A DNA stretch of 36,283 nucleotides from Octopus bimaculoides (lineage: Eukaryota). The DNA lies in contig NC_068981.1 in assembly GCF_001194135.2 (NCBI RefSeq), positions 25,844,357 through 25,880,639 of the forward strand, written 5' to 3'. Position 1 is the stretch's first letter. The number at the start of each line of letters is the position of its first letter. Shown one piece after another: positions 34,908 to 36,283 of the stretch. Under the pieces are notes generated by a model. That model did not search any database. It worked only from the letters and a program-made list of their open reading frames with translations, and had not been told where the DNA came from. The position numbers and the translations under genes were made by a program.

Positions 34908-35522
34908 NNNNNNNNNNNNNNNNNNNNNNNNNNNNNNNNNNNNNNNNNNNNNNNNNNNNNNNNNNNNNNNNNNNNNNNNNNNNNNNNNNNNNNNNNNNNN
35001 NNNNNNNNNNNNNNNNNNNNNNNNNNNNNNNNNNNNNNNNNNNNNNNNNNNNNNNNNNNNNNNNNNNNNNNNNNNNNNNNNNNNNNNNNNNNNNNNNNNN
35101 NNNNNNNNNNNNNNNNNNNNNNNNNNNNNNNNNNNNNNNNNNNNNNNNNNNNNNNNNNNNNNNNNNNNNNNNNNNNNNNNNNNNNNNNNNNNNNNNNNNN
35201 NNNNNNNNNNNNNNNNNNNNNNNNNNNNNNNNNNNNNNNNNNNNNNNNNNNNNNNNNNNNNNNNNNNNNNNNNNNNNNNNNNNNNNNNNNNNNNNNNNNN
35301 NNNNNNNNNNNNNNNNNNNNNNNNNNNNNNNNNNNNNNNNNNNNNNNNNNNNNNNNNNNNNNNNNNNNNNNNNNNNNNNNNNNNNNNNNNNNNNNNNNNN
35401 NNNNNNNNNNNNNNNNNNNNNNNNNNNNNNNNNNNNNNNNNNNNNNNNNNNNNNNNNNNNNNNNNNNNNNNNNNNNNNNNNNNNNNNNNNNNNNNNNNNN
35501 NNNNNNNNNNNNNNNNNNNNNN

Positions 35523-35700
35523 TATATATATTTATATGTGTGGGGGGGGGGGAGAATTCACGAAAAACAACAGACGAAGACAGTTGGTGTAAACAACAAA
35601 TGGATATATTAGTATAACGCTCGTGGATTGAGAATGTCTTTAACGTTTCGAGCCTACGCTCTTCAACAGAAAGGAACACAGAAAGAAACAAGGAGAAAAA
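35523..35700 (-). mobile_element. (AT)n-anchored interspersed repeat with hammerhead-like core (possibly derived from a Penelope-like pseudo-LTR)
   Basis: Minus strand CTGTTGAAGAGCGTAGGCTCGAAACG at 35669-35644. Related copies at 35765-35861 (-) and 32951-33021 (+, 3' part, also abutting (AT)n). Confidence 0.55.
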
Positions 35701-36283
35701 AAAATATATGTGCAATGGTCAGCGATATATCATAGCGACACTAAATTTGACTAAGGTGTTGTCACAAAGACAGAGACAGGTGAAGGAAGAAGCAGTTGTA
35801 TTGGTTTAACGCGCGGAAGATTGAAAAGTCTTCGACAGTTCAGCCCTACGATCTTCGACAGTGAGGCGAGAAAACGGAGAGATAACGAAATAAAACGGAT
35901 GGAGAAAACAATATATATTAACATTTATTTGCATGATTCGTTAAAATAAATGTATTTTGATATTAATGACACCAAGTGAGATTGAAGATCTGCACTTCGG
36001 TGTATATGCCTCATACAAGCAAATCCATATATTTCCATGCACACCGGCATACAATTTCATGAACCAATATAAGTTCCAAACCAAATTCAAAATTTTTAAT
36101 TCATCTAAAGAAAACATTTTTCTTTTTTTTTTTCAGAATGTAAATAAAATATTAATCAATAAAAAACCAATTTGAAACACCTGCAGTTAACATTTAAAAC
36201 ATTTGCATTCTAATTTCATACTCACACACGGGCGCGCGCACACAGATGTATACATATGTATATATATATATATATATATATAT

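Overview
AT-rich, microsatellite-dense eukaryotic DNA from a gapped short-read scaffold. The repeat families look like those of an octopus (Octopus-type) genome; this comes from my recognition of the repeats, not from a search. I can support no intact protein-coding gene, rRNA, tRNA or CRISPR array, and nearly all supplied ORFs are microsatellite or N-gap artefacts. The window reads as intron or intergenic DNA made of five kinds of sequence. (1) About 20 copies or fragments of two tRNA-derived SINE families, called A and B here. (2) Four 3' ends of R4/Dong-type retrotransposons with a restriction-like endonuclease (RLE), ending in three different microsatellites: (AAT)n, (GAT)n and (CATA)n. 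(3) An L1/Tx1-like fragment and an RTE-type 5' UTR fragment. (4) An (AT)n-anchored repeat carrying a hammerhead-like core. (5) Many fold-back structures: a 140-bp near-perfect palindrome, a ~700-bp inverted arrangement, nested inverted repeats and MITE-like hairpins. A few isolated splice-site and exon candidates are listed at low confidence. I see no clear new multi-gene system. The best leads are the microsatellite-associated RLE retroelements, the fold-back structures and the ribozyme-like repeat.
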